From the IMG/VR virus record IMGVR_UViG_3300047564_001818: DNA of 64,000 bases; one strand, written 5' to 3'. Of this stretch, positions 1 to 9,393 are shown piece by piece. Origin of the DNA: a virus (lineage: Duplodnaviria > Caudoviricetes). Position 1 is the first letter of the stretch, and each line of letters starts with the position of its first letter. The position numbers and the translations under genes are program-made. Under the pieces are notes generated by a model. That model saw only the letters and a list, made by a program, of their open reading frames with translations, had not been told where the DNA came from and searched no databases.

Positions 1-1155
1 ACCTAGTTCTGCCATTTGATTGTAGTCACGGTCGTCCATTTGCTCGCCTGAGTTGATCTTACGTTTGATTTTTTGAGCAATGCTTGTTGCTTTGCGAGCA
101 AGATCGCTTAGTTCGTGGGTAGGTGTTTGAACTTCTGCTTCTTTGTATTTTATCATGCCGCCTGGAGTTTTGTTTCTTAGATAAAGTTTGGCCATTTGGC
201 TTACATGTGGAATATTTGCGCTCATAAGAGTTTTGATATTTTCAATGCTCAACTTGTTTATCATATCTTCAACTTTACGCATTTCACTGCGAGACAACTG
301 TGCCTTGTCGCTGAATGTCATTTGTAGATGCTTAATGAAGGTAGGGCTAAGAGCCGCACCTTCTTTAACAGATTCTTTTTTCTTTAAATCTTTTATTTTT
401 TTATCATAAGCGAGATCAAGTCCGCGATCTCTCTTTTTTACAGTTTTTTTGTCTTTACTGGCTAGGGCTTTGTCAAGGCTATCATTTGCTGCCTTAGTGT
501 ACGACTGTCTAGTTTTACTAGATACTTCTTTAACAGGTGATTTTTTCTTGCCAGCAACAGCTTTTTTAATAGCTTTATCGCGTGAACCTTTCCACTCGTC
601 TGACGACTTTTCAATTTTGCCATCGCCGTCAAAATCCTTGGCTGCTTTCTTTTCAGTCAAACTTTTCATTAGTGCTTTTTTAATACTTTCACGCATTTCG
701 TCTTCATCTTCTACAGCCATAGCATTATCGCCATCTTGTGCTGCACGATATGCTCTTTTTTCTCTGTTGAGGCCGCCTGCAAGATCTTTGGTCATATACT
801 TGTGATCTTGATATTCTGGCTCAGGCTCGTTGTCCCATTCTTCTAGATCTTCATCATCTGCCACTACTTCGCTGTAAGCAGCATCTGCTTCCATTTCTGG
901 TTCACCTACAATAGCACGCAACCGATCCATGTCTTGACGCATCGGTAGTCTTGGTGCAGGAGAAGGTCCCATAGGTGCTAGACCTGCGTTCTTTATCATA
1001 CCTAGTAGATCTTCTACATTCTCTTTACCGCTAGCATTAAAGTTTACGCTGATAGTAACTGGGTTACCCGGGTTTGACATTGCTGCCATTGGTGCGTCTG
1101 GTGGACATTCGTTTAATCTATCAATAGATTCTAAAAGTTTTTTCATGTCTGACAT
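1..1155 (-). CDS. Partial (runs off left edge) charged protein, probable internal head/prohead protein
   Basis: Not in the ORF track. Manual translation from ATG at 1155 (SD GGAG upstream) is open for 385 codons to position 1: MSDMKKLLESIDRLNEC..., with an acidic then Lys-rich composition and a DFDGDGKIE motif. Confidence 0.8.
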   Translation of the reverse strand, partial: MSDMKKLLESIDRLNECPPDAPMAAMSNPGNPVTISVNFNASGKENVEDLLGMIKNAGLAPMGPSPAPRLPMRQDMDRLRAIVGEPEMEADAAYSEVVADDEDLEEWDNEPEPEYQDHKYMTKDLAGGLNREKRAYRAAQDGDNAMAVEDEDEMRESIKKALMKSLTEKKAAKDFDGDGKIEKSSDEWKGSRDKAIKKAVAGKKKSPVKEVSSKTRQSYTKAANDSLDKALASKDKKTVKKRDRGLDLAYDKKIKDLKKKESVKEGAALSPTFIKHLQMTFSDKAQLSRSEMRKVEDMINKLSIENIKTLMSANIPHVSQMAKLYLRNKTPGGMIKYKEAEVQTPTHELSDLARKATSIAQKIKRKINSGEQMDDRDYNQMAELG

Positions 1156-1157
1156 TG

Positions 1158-1715
1158 TTAGCTCCCTATCGGACTTTTAGTGTTTATTTTATCGTCGATG
1201 CTAGTTGATTCACCGACAGGGGCACCTTCTGCGCCGCTGTGTTTGTTTTCTTTTTGTGCTTTTTCAAGTTCTTTAAGCAGTTCCATTACACGACTGCTGC
1301 CAACCTTATCTTGTGCGCTTTCGCCGCCAAGCTCTGTTTTAGTTAGTATAGTCTCATATGGATCAGCTTCTTTAGTGTCTTGATAACGTTCTTGTGGTTC
1401 ATCCGGATTGCGTACAATAATGTGACTTTGCGGAACAACACAGCACTTACCAATATATTCTTGAAGTACTTGAGTGGTAGTCGGATATTCTACTTCTGTT
1501 TCAAAATAGGTAACTTCCATATTTTGTAACTGCGGAAAATCTAGCGGACGCTCTTGTATAGGAGTTTTCTTCCCTGAATTTATATTCAATAATCCAAATT
1601 TTTTCAGTGCAGTTTCCATACGATCCTGGAAACCTTCTGGTAACGCACCGGCTACACCTATTTTAAACTTATAGGTTTTTTTAGATTCTGTTAGTATTTC
1701 TTTAAAAGATCTCAT
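1158..1715 (-). CDS. Conserved-type hypothetical protein, probable head-associated protein
   Basis: 185 aa ORF, N-terminus MRSFKEILTES (I/L-x-E motif), upstream GATAAATA at 1739-1746. Confidence 0.7.
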   Translation of the reverse strand: MRSFKEILTESKKTYKFKIGVAGALPEGFQDRMETALKKFGLLNINSGKKTPIQERPLDFPQLQNMEVTYFETEVEYPTTTQVLQEYIGKCCVVPQSHIIVRNPDEPQERYQDTKEADPYETILTKTELGGESAQDKVGSSRVMELLKELEKAQKENKHSGAEGAPVGESTSIDDKINTKSPIGS

Positions 1716-1737
1716 TGCGTAACAATCCCATTATGTG

Positions 1738-2241
1738 TTATTTATCTTTGTCAAGCCCTTTGAGACGTTCTAGAAGGCTATTACGGTCAGTTACTACGTA
1801 TCCTTCGCCGTTGATAACGCCGTTGTCGCTGTTGTCCGAATCTTTATCTAGTTTTTCTTTCTTAAGCTGTAGTTCTACCATTTTTAGTTTTTTATCTAGT
1901 TTGGCAATCTTAGCATTTAACCCTGTCTGAAGCATACTATTTGCTACTTCAAATACACGCCCACTGTAGCGACTTTCTACATTCATACCTAGGTCCATTA
2001 AATCTTCGTATGCTTGCATAGCTTTGTCAGCTACATCATTCAGTTCTTTGTCAGCCATTTCGCCTAGACCTTGAACTGCTGGCAAAGCTGCGGAGATCTT
2101 ATCAAACTCTGCAATATCTCTAAAAGCACGTTCTGCCTGTTTAGCTTCATACTTTTTTTGATCAAGTTCTTGTTTTTCAGCTTGTTTGATTATTTCTTTA
2201 GACTCAGGTAAACCTAATAAATCTTCTAGTTTTTTTGTCAT
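1738..2241 (-). CDS. Putative terminase small subunit (gp16-like)
   Basis: Helical core (ELNDVADKAMQAYEDLMDLGM...RVFEVANSML) and C-terminal 'VVTDRNSLLERLK' resemble the T4 gp16 layout; next to gp4. Likely start MTKKLEDLL at 2241 (alternative 2253). Confidence 0.5.
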   Translation of the reverse strand: MTKKLEDLLGLPESKEIIKQAEKQELDQKKYEAKQAERAFRDIAEFDKISAALPAVQGLGEMADKELNDVADKAMQAYEDLMDLGMNVESRYSGRVFEVANSMLQTGLNAKIAKLDKKLKMVELQLKKEKLDKDSDNSDNGVINGEGYVVTDRNSLLERLKGLDKDK

Positions 2242-2269
2242 AATAGCTTCCATTATATGCTACTATTAT

Positions 2270-2707
2270 TTATCTTCTACGTCCAGTATGAAATATATCG
2301 TCTTCTGTAACTATTCTAAAGAATATGCCTTTTTGCTTGCACCACGCTCGTGCAGCTTCCCATTTAGCTTGATTGATTACCCAATGTGCTTGATTAGATC
2401 TACTGCGTCCAAGGCTTTCTTTTACTGATTGATTTTTTGGTTTAACTTCTATTAGCTCTACACGTTGTTTACCGCCTCGATCACTGTATGCGATAAAAAA
2501 ATCTGGAACATAGATAGTTTGTTTGCCAGTTAGTGGATTGCGGTAAGGTATACGTATAGCTTCACTTGCCCATTGTGTTACGCTAGGGTGTTCGTCACAG
2601 AATTTCATAAAATGAAATTCCCAACCTGATCTGTAGGTAGGTGTTCGTGTGCCTACATACTTGTCTGGGTTTTTGAGATTGAACTTACCTTGCGCAAATC
2701 TTGCCAT
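2270..2707 (-). CDS. gp4: Head completion nuclease (T4 gp4-like, TnsA-type PD-(D/E)XK fold)
   Basis: YRSGWE, WASE, IPYRNP, YVPDF, IEVKP and NQAKWEAARAWC motifs. Confidence 0.9.
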   Translation of the reverse strand: MARFAQGKFNLKNPDKYVGTRTPTYRSGWEFHFMKFCDEHPSVTQWASEAIRIPYRNPLTGKQTIYVPDFFIAYSDRGGKQRVELIEVKPKNQSVKESLGRSRSNQAHWVINQAKWEAARAWCKQKGIFFRIVTEDDIFHTGRRR

Positions 2708-3069
2708 TACACTATAATCTGTCTCTGGTCAAACAGTTGAAATGCTTCGGGCACTCTGTATCCAACTGTGCTAGTCTTTGATCTGTTCAAATTAAGAATC
2801 TGAGCTACCACATTTGATAGCTGTACATCATTAATACCTTTAAGAGTGTCGATAAGCTGAAACACTGTTAGACCATCTATGCTAGCTTGTTGTAGCAGTA
2901 TACTTGCAGTATTAACTGCTGCTACTTTGTCAAATCCTCTCTTAAGAAAATAACCTATTGCAGCATCTACTTCACTAGCTTTGTAAGGTATTTGTTGATT
3001 ATAATAGTTGTCAAAAAATTGACGTGTAAGTTCTTTTGTTGTTTCTGGTGTGTTGTCTGATTTTGCCAT
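2707..3069 (-). CDS. Hypothetical protein (120 aa)
   Basis: Start moved to MAKSDNT at 3069 (GAGG SD; avoids overlap with upstream gene); TAATG coupling to gp4. Confidence 0.7.
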   Translation of the reverse strand: MAKSDNTPETTKELTRQFFDNYYNQQIPYKASEVDAAIGYFLKRGFDKVAAVNTASILLQQASIDGLTVFQLIDTLKGINDVQLSNVVAQILNLNRSKTSTVGYRVPEAFQLFDQRQIIV

Positions 3070-3070
3070 G

Positions 3071-4279
3071 TTAGCCTCTTGTGCTGTTAATTGCTTGTTG
3101 TGCAAAACTTGATAGTTTTTTATCACCTTTTCTAATAGAATTTCTTAGATCTGTTTCTATTGCAGCTTTTGCGCCTGCATCTAAACGATTAAATGAACTA
3201 TAGGTAACACCATTGACTGTACCGCTGTTTAGTGCTCTAGCTAAGAAACTTCTGTTAGCACTTGGGTTACTAGCTAGGCCGTTTATTAATGCGTCCGAGT
3301 TTCTAACCTGTGTTTGATTTGCAGCTAGTCTACTTGTAGACCTATCTCTTTGACTATCTTGTGTTGGTATTAGATATTGAGGCAATGCTCCTGGTAATCT
3401 TGGTCCTGTGTCAGCAATATTAGTAGTAGGACGTTTGCTAGCACTATTGCTCATTCTAGCTAATAATCCTACAAATGTATTTAATAGAGGATTTAACAGT
3501 GTAGGTTCTGTAGTATAAAAATTGCTTAAACTTTCATCCCAGTACCCTAACGGACTTGGTACATTATCGTAGCGGGTTTCTTCTGATGTAAATCCTGCAG
3601 GTTCATTTCCGTCTATTTTGCCGTGGTCGTAAAGAACACCTTCGTAGGCCACTACAATACTGTTTTCCATCATGCCGGCGCCGTCACTGTTATCTAGTGT
3701 GTCATGGCCCCATTGTGTAATTAATGGATTTATAAGTGTATAACTGAACCAGTTGCGTCTTGCTAGCTGGTATATTTTTATGTAGTTAAAAAACGGCATT
3801 AACTTATTGTTGTCTAAACCGTATTTTGGAACTATAGTTGAGTATTTGTCTCTTGGATTATACGCACCATCTCTAGGATTATTGTTGCCATCACGGAAAT
3901 AATATCTGTAGTATTCTTCTAGCATAGCTCTTGTAAGGCCGTTGTTATCATCATGAAATCGTATGTTTACGTCTTGATAGTCTATGCGTGTTTGAATATT
4001 CTTTTTACGGTTATATTGTTGTTTGTTATCAACTGATGCTCTATACTGCGGCAAGTCTACGTTTTTGGCTAACACACCTATTTCTTTTTGAAACTTAAGG
4101 CTATTACTAGTAGCACTATCGCCTACGCTAGAAAACGGTTGGAATACTACATGATAGAGAAACTTTGTCTTGGGTGCTAGCGCAAAACTATGCTCAGTAT
4201 ATAATCTATGTGCATGACGGGCATCTCTTAGATGTACGTCAAGGTCAACATTGCGTAAATATGGGTCTCTTATACTCAT
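3071..4279 (-). CDS. Second tail-tube-like protein (gp19/gp54/gp48-like baseplate-tube junction) with C-terminal extension
   Basis: LAKNVDLPQY...QYNRKKNIQTRIDYQDVNIRFHDDN is a tube-fold signature; directly downstream of gp19. Confidence 0.7.
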   Translation of the reverse strand: MSIRDPYLRNVDLDVHLRDARHAHRLYTEHSFALAPKTKFLYHVVFQPFSSVGDSATSNSLKFQKEIGVLAKNVDLPQYRASVDNKQQYNRKKNIQTRIDYQDVNIRFHDDNNGLTRAMLEEYYRYYFRDGNNNPRDGAYNPRDKYSTIVPKYGLDNNKLMPFFNYIKIYQLARRNWFSYTLINPLITQWGHDTLDNSDGAGMMENSIVVAYEGVLYDHGKIDGNEPAGFTSEETRYDNVPSPLGYWDESLSNFYTTEPTLLNPLLNTFVGLLARMSNSASKRPTTNIADTGPRLPGALPQYLIPTQDSQRDRSTSRLAANQTQVRNSDALINGLASNPSANRSFLARALNSGTVNGVTYSSFNRLDAGAKAAIETDLRNSIRKGDKKLSSFAQQAINSTRG

Positions 4280-4284
4280 AATAA

Positions 4285-4292
4285 TATTTATC
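4285..4292 (-). promoter_or_regulatory. T4-like late promoter GATAAATA, 5 nt before ATG (leaderless)
   Basis: Minus strand reads GATAAATA-TTATT-ATG; no SD present. Confidence 0.7.
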
Positions 4293-4316
4293 TGTAAAAT
4301 AAACTGTGTAGATAAT

Positions 4317-4349
4317 AAAAAAGCGAGAACTGATGCTCTCGCTTTTTTT
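4317..4349. terminator. Bidirectional intrinsic terminator downstream of tail tube gene
   Basis: AAAAAAGCGAGA-ACTGATGC-TCTCGCTTTTTTT. Confidence 0.85.
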
Positions 4350-4373
4350 GAATAGACGCCAAACTAAGCTGTG

Positions 4374-5018
4374 TTAGCCAGTAACGCCAGTGCCGCCAAT
4401 TGAAGCTGCTACAGCTCTTACAATAGATTCGCCTACGCCAACGAATTCTTCGTCTGCACCAAACTGTATTGCGTTATCGTAACGAATAGTCAGTGTGGTT
4501 GTTACTGGTTCGTTAGTAGCATATGCTAGTGTGTTATAGTTTGCTGATTCGATATAGCAACCCACTAGATGGAAACGATCAATTACGTTTGCACCCGATG
4601 CACCATTGCCGCCGTCTAGTATTTCAATTCTAGTTTGGAACTTATAGCTGCCGCTTGACACTGCGCTCGATTGTTCAAAGAAGTCGAATTGACGTTGTAG
4701 TTGCTGACCAACGATTTTTTGTACGTTGTTGTTAGCATCTTCACGTAGGGTAAGTGTGATTGGTTCCCATGTGTGCTTGCCAGCAAGATAAGTTCTTGAG
4801 TTGTAAGCATCAATGGTCATTTGTTCAAAAGTTAAGTTTGGACGAGTTACGTCTACTACTTGTCTTGATATTTCTCTAATTCCGTCAGGCCCGCCTGTAG
4901 TTCCAAAATTATCTAGGAAAACACGGAAACGATACTGTAGCTTAGGCATCAATAGAGAACTGTTTGAGCCGCCGCCTTCTGTTGGTATCGATATATTTGT
5001 AAGTGTTGTGATTGGCAT
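4374..5018 (-). CDS. gp19: Tail tube protein
   Basis: LMPKLQYRFRV, VTRPNLTFE, YLAGKHTWEPITLTLRED motifs; follows the sheath gene. Confidence 0.9.
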   Translation of the reverse strand: MPITTLTNISIPTEGGGSNSSLLMPKLQYRFRVFLDNFGTTGGPDGIREISRQVVDVTRPNLTFEQMTIDAYNSRTYLAGKHTWEPITLTLREDANNNVQKIVGQQLQRQFDFFEQSSAVSSGSYKFQTRIEILDGGNGASGANVIDRFHLVGCYIESANYNTLAYATNEPVTTTLTIRYDNAIQFGADEEFVGVGESIVRAVAASIGGTGVTG

Positions 5019-5039
5019 TCTATTCTCCTATTACAGTAG

Positions 5040-5047
5040 TATTTATA
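5040..5047 (-). promoter_or_regulatory. T4 late promoter consensus TATAAATA for tail tube
   Basis: Exact T4 late consensus upstream of AGGAG SD and ATG 5018. Confidence 0.8.
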
Positions 5048-5090
5048 CGCTTTTGGGCTGGCTTTTATACCAGCCCATTATATGCGTATA

Positions 5091-8000
5091 TTATCCTAGA
5101 GCTGCAATTTCTCCTGTGTTCTTAATGCGCAACGGAATGTAGATGAATTCAATTGCTTTAACTGGTTCAATTGCGATATCTAGCCATAGCTCGTTACGAT
5201 CAATTCTAGCCGGTGTGTTGTTAGATTCATCACACACTACTAGGAAGTCGTATAGTGCTCTTAGACTTACTAGTTCTAGAAGAAGTGCATCTGCTGCGGC
5301 CTTAACTTGATCACGAGTGATTTTGTCATTTGGTTCAAACAGATATGGTCTTGCTAGTAATTCTAGCTGTCCTCTTAGATACACAATCAAACGTGCTACG
5401 TTTACACGATCTAGCGCACTAGCATTTCTTGCGCGAGTCTTTTGACCAAATACTACTAACCCGGCACCACTAATAGTTGTGATTGGGTTAATGTTGTTTT
5501 GATAAAGTGTGTCACGTTGTCCGGTGTTCAGTGCAATTGAAACAAATTCGCCTTCTGCGTTAATGTAACCGCTTGCAGTTGCATTTGTTACGCCACCGCG
5601 TCTTGTACCTGCAGGTGCAAACCAGGGGAATGCTACTTGGTCGTTTAGTACAAGTGTGCGCAGTGCCATATGGCTCGGAGGAACAACAACATTTCTGCCA
5701 AAGTTGTCGCTTGTAAAGCCCCATGGATAATACATTGCTAGATACTCATCACGGCTTACCGCACCGTCGTCATTGTCTTCAACGGCTAGTCTAACATTAG
5801 TTGCCCATTCGTTTAGTGAAGTAGCATCTGGTGTTAATCTTGCCGGAGTGTCACCTACAACAAACGCAGTTAGACGACGGTCATAGTTTAGTGTAACCAT
5901 TTCGCCTATCAGTTCAGGATATCCTGGTGTAGCAATCAAGTTAAACTGACGAGTTTCTTCGTCGCGGATTTCTTGGTTACTGTTGACCATTGCTTGTAGT
6001 GCTTGAACAACACTCTTACGCTGCGCAAAACGTCCAAATGTACCTGAACCGTCTACGTTATTGCCGCTATCAGTTACCCAACGATGTGGATAGTAACCAT
6101 CCATAGATTCTCCGCCTGCTCTATCGTTGTCGCCTGCTAGGTCGATATAGTTACGAACAAAACGCTTTACGTTATATCCACTACGACGTAGATTCCATAG
6201 CAGCATACCTTTTGGGTACAGAGCAGGATCTGGAGCATCAGGATCTAGGTAATCACTAGTTAATAGATCTTCAATAGTTGCTTCTGCACTGTTGCTACCT
6301 GCATCGCTCCAACGAGCATCAGCAAATAGAACTCCATTTTCTGTAGTTTGGTCTGTTTTGTCTAACAATACCCATTCGCCTAGTGTTCCGTTGTAACGAT
6401 GTATTTGCGGATAGTTTTCTGTATCAGCAGTTGAAATCCAAAGATCACCGTCTACTAGTGCAGTATCGTCTGTTTGAACAGTTGGCTCACTAGCACTTAC
6501 AATAGGACCAGTTGGGTTAGTGTCTTCATATTCTGCCGAATAGTTTTGATATCCTACCCAAGTTGTACCGTCATGAATCATAACGTCAACTTCTCTTACT
6601 ACTGAACTATACCATAGTTCACCGTCTGCTGTTAGGCTTAGCGGCTCATCAGCAGAAGCAGTATAGCTTAGTTCTTTCCAGTTTGATGCTACCCAATCAT
6701 TATTACCATCACCGGTTGGTACAGCATATAGATTTACGGTACCAGTTTCGGTTACTAGATTAAATGGTGCAAATCCAGCTAGATTAAGAAGACCAATAGT
6801 ATCTGCAATTCTAATGTCGCCGCCTGTTTTATGTTGAATTACTATTCTATTATTTGCATCAACTGAAGCTATAATATTAGTAAATCCTGCTGCATTTATT
6901 GCACCAGCTACTGCGTCAGCATCAGCTGCTGCGCCAGCAGTAGTCACACTGATAGTTTTGGTACTTCTAATCAGTGATCCAACTAATGTTTCTTCCATAT
7001 TAAATGTATATGTACTACCTACATCAAATTGTGAAACTATTCTGCTACTTACAATCTGAGTTGCTCCACGTGTAACACGACGGTAAATTTTAAAGTTAGC
7101 TAGTGCAGGTGAAACTTCTTCGATATTTGCTTTTACATAAAGATCACCTATTGCTAGGTTTGCGCCACCACCGGAGCGATCAAGGGCAACTAGAGCAGCT
7201 TCTGATGTTGTGTACACAGGAGCACTTAGAGTTTCCCAAAGTTGTGTATCGCCATTGTACTGCTTTACACGAATGTCAGCACCTGCATTTGGTATAGTTG
7301 TTTTTACCCAAAGGCTTCCTGTTGGCGCAGGGCTTGCGTCTGTTGACTTGTAAGTTGGTACTTGTGTGTGAGGTTGGATTACTAATCTAGGAGCACTGTA
7401 TGTTCCTTCGATAATTCCTAGTGCACCTGCATCTGATGCTGAACCTGCGCTTCCTGTTAGCGTACCAATGCCACCTGCAATAACTACACCGTTAGGATAG
7501 TTTGAATCAGATCCATCATAGTATATTTCAAGAGAACCGTTTACTACCGCAGCACTAACACCAGTAATACCAGCATCGTTAATGTCTGTAGCTAATGCGC
7601 TTACAGTAGCACCATCGAGCACAACAGTTGACCCGTTAATTACAATACTGTCGCCATTTGTTAATGTAGGATTTGGGCTTGATCCGCGTACAGCTGGCCA
7701 ACTTGCTTTCCAATCAGGTGATCCTACTTCTACCCAACTACCAGGTGTAATACCTGCTGCGTTTCCAGCAGTCTTGTACCATACTCTGTTAGCAGTAGTA
7801 GTAGCGTCAACTGCATAATCGCCAATTGCACCAATTGATGTTTTTGGTGCATCAGTGTTAATGTCAATGTCTGATGTTTCTGTAATTACAACTGGTGTTC
7901 TTGATGAGAAACTTTGTCCGCCTGTTGTAGTAACAGGTGCTGCATTCCATTCTAGAATACCAAAACGTGTAACCTGTGTGTCAAACCAGTAAGCACCATC

Positions 8001-8393
8001 TGCTGGCTCACCGCCCGGCGCAGTGGCACTAGCTTCTAGTTTGCCTAGGTCTAGATCAGCACGAACTACATATGCACGATTTGAAACACCTAAAAGTGAG
8101 TAAGCTGTGTGTAGTCCGTATTCGTTTAATTCGCCGCCGTGGATTGGATTGTTATTGTTGTCTGTATAGAACAACGCATCTCCAAATGTTTCACCAAGCT
8201 CTCTCTGGCTGGTGATTAAATATGCTCTACCAGCGTTCGCTTTGAGTGTACCTCGTGCAATTCCTGAGCCGCTGCTTGAAGTTTTATTTTCTGCTGTAGC
8301 TACAAAAATTAGTGGTACAGTACCAGCTGCTGCCGGAGTGTAAAAGCTTTCGTCAATTACGCTAACTTCTACGCCTGGTGATACTAATGCCAT
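5091..8393 (-). CDS. gp18: Tail sheath protein, enlarged (1100 aa)
   Basis: MALVSPGVEVSVIDES N-terminus; WFAPAGTRRG, FGQKT, LDRVNVARL C-terminal sheath motifs; CTAAATA promoter at 8431-8437. Confidence 0.95.
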   Translation of the reverse strand: MALVSPGVEVSVIDESFYTPAAAGTVPLIFVATAENKTSSSGSGIARGTLKANAGRAYLITSQRELGETFGDALFYTDNNNNPIHGGELNEYGLHTAYSLLGVSNRAYVVRADLDLGKLEASATAPGGEPADGAYWFDTQVTRFGILEWNAAPVTTTGGQSFSSRTPVVITETSDIDINTDAPKTSIGAIGDYAVDATTTANRVWYKTAGNAAGITPGSWVEVGSPDWKASWPAVRGSSPNPTLTNGDSIVINGSTVVLDGATVSALATDINDAGITGVSAAVVNGSLEIYYDGSDSNYPNGVVIAGGIGTLTGSAGSASDAGALGIIEGTYSAPRLVIQPHTQVPTYKSTDASPAPTGSLWVKTTIPNAGADIRVKQYNGDTQLWETLSAPVYTTSEAALVALDRSGGGANLAIGDLYVKANIEEVSPALANFKIYRRVTRGATQIVSSRIVSQFDVGSTYTFNMEETLVGSLIRSTKTISVTTAGAAADADAVAGAINAAGFTNIIASVDANNRIVIQHKTGGDIRIADTIGLLNLAGFAPFNLVTETGTVNLYAVPTGDGNNDWVASNWKELSYTASADEPLSLTADGELWYSSVVREVDVMIHDGTTWVGYQNYSAEYEDTNPTGPIVSASEPTVQTDDTALVDGDLWISTADTENYPQIHRYNGTLGEWVLLDKTDQTTENGVLFADARWSDAGSNSAEATIEDLLTSDYLDPDAPDPALYPKGMLLWNLRRSGYNVKRFVRNYIDLAGDNDRAGGESMDGYYPHRWVTDSGNNVDGSGTFGRFAQRKSVVQALQAMVNSNQEIRDEETRQFNLIATPGYPELIGEMVTLNYDRRLTAFVVGDTPARLTPDATSLNEWATNVRLAVEDNDDGAVSRDEYLAMYYPWGFTSDNFGRNVVVPPSHMALRTLVLNDQVAFPWFAPAGTRRGGVTNATASGYINAEGEFVSIALNTGQRDTLYQNNINPITTISGAGLVVFGQKTRARNASALDRVNVARLIVYLRGQLELLARPYLFEPNDKITRDQVKAAADALLLELVSLRALYDFLVVCDESNNTPARIDRNELWLDIAIEPVKAIEFIYIPLRIKNTGEIAALG

Positions 8394-8515
8394 ATTAATT
8401 CTCCTGTTGGATAGTTCAATTATCTAACAGTATTTAGTTAATCTCATTTAAAAAAGCCCGTATAACAGCCTGGAAAAGGGGTCGAAAAGGTTAGTTTCGC
8501 GAAGTTAAATACAAT

Positions 8516-8851
8516 ATGAGACCATTGTGCGTATGTGGACAACGTCCCGCAGCTATAAATTATATCAAAGAAGGAAAAACCTATTATCGCAAGAAATGCG
8601 AACGCTGTTTGCGCAACGGTATAGGGCACGGTATACCTAAATGGCAGCAAGCAGGATACGAGAAAAAATGCTACTGCGAAAAATGCGGTTTTAAATCAAA
8701 ACATTTAGAACAGTTTAATGTGTATCACATAGACGGAGATTTACTAAACACTAGGCCTAATAATCTCAAAACCATATGTGCCAATTGTCAGCGTATACTA
8801 CAAAAAGAAGGTGTACGCTGGCGTCAGGGCGATTTAACCCCTGACTTCTAA
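8516..8851 (+). CDS. Small Zn-finger/HNH-like protein
   Basis: CxC, CxxC, CxxC motifs then YHIDGDLLNTRPNNLKTICANCQ; TTAAATA at 8505-8511, 4 nt before ATG. Confidence 0.75.
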   Translation: MRPLCVCGQRPAAINYIKEGKTYYRKKCERCLRNGIGHGIPKWQQAGYEKKCYCEKCGFKSKHLEQFNVYHIDGDLLNTRPNNLKTICANCQRILQKEGVRWRQGDLTPDF

Positions 8852-9343
8852 ATACTTCATTAACTGAGCGAGATTAAACTCTAGTTCTTCTAATGTGCCG
8901 TTGTTATCTAATGTAAAATCAGACATCCACTGCTCTAGACTCATACTAGTAGGCGCTTCTAGTGGCAAATGATCTGATCTGTCAACCCAAACTGCATAAT
9001 CAAACACACCGGTGTTTCGCATGGCATGAAATTCACGTTTGTTGCGCAAGCCGCAGTAAATATCATGCGCAGCGAATATTTCTCTGCCTAAACGACTTGC
9101 ATCAGGAACATTATAAGCGCAGATAGCATCATACCATTCTGCTCTGTGATTGTGCCTGTCAGCATAGCACTCTTCTTCATTATAATATCCATATTTGTCC
9201 TTTAGCATGTCAAAGATAAAAAGTTTGCTACAAAACTGGCTGCTACTCTCGAAACTATAGCTATATTTGTCTTTCAGCATTTCGCACACAGTATCTTTAC
9301 CGTGGCGGCCGTGACCTATTACTAACAGTTTAAATTTATGCAT
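8834..9343 (-). CDS. Deoxynucleoside monophosphate kinase-like P-loop protein
   Basis: IGHGRHGKDTV P-loop; C-terminal DFTLDNNGTLEEL typical of phage dNMP kinases. Confidence 0.75.
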   Translation of the reverse strand: MHKFKLLVIGHGRHGKDTVCEMLKDKYSYSFESSSQFCSKLFIFDMLKDKYGYYNEEECYADRHNHRAEWYDAICAYNVPDASRLGREIFAAHDIYCGLRNKREFHAMRNTGVFDYAVWVDRSDHLPLEAPTSMSLEQWMSDFTLDNNGTLEELEFNLAQLMKYLEVRG

Positions 9344-9363
9344 TGCTACCTCTTTGTGTTTTT

Positions 9364-9393
9364 ATTATATAGCACAAAGAAGAAACTTGTCAA
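9364..9393 (-). promoter_or_regulatory. Sigma70-type promoter for the dNMP kinase gene
   Basis: TTGACA (9393-9388), 18 nt spacer, TATAAT (9369-9364); the -35 overlaps the gp13 TGA stop. Confidence 0.7.

Noticed and set aside
188-805. Plus-strand ORFs 188..409 and 449..805
   Set aside because: They are antisense to the real minus-strand gene 1..1155, which the ORF track missed because it runs off the edge.
8450-8500. Purine-rich GAAAAGG repeats between the sheath and HNH promoters
   Set aside because: Only two short copies with no clear symmetry; cannot be told from chance without comparative data.
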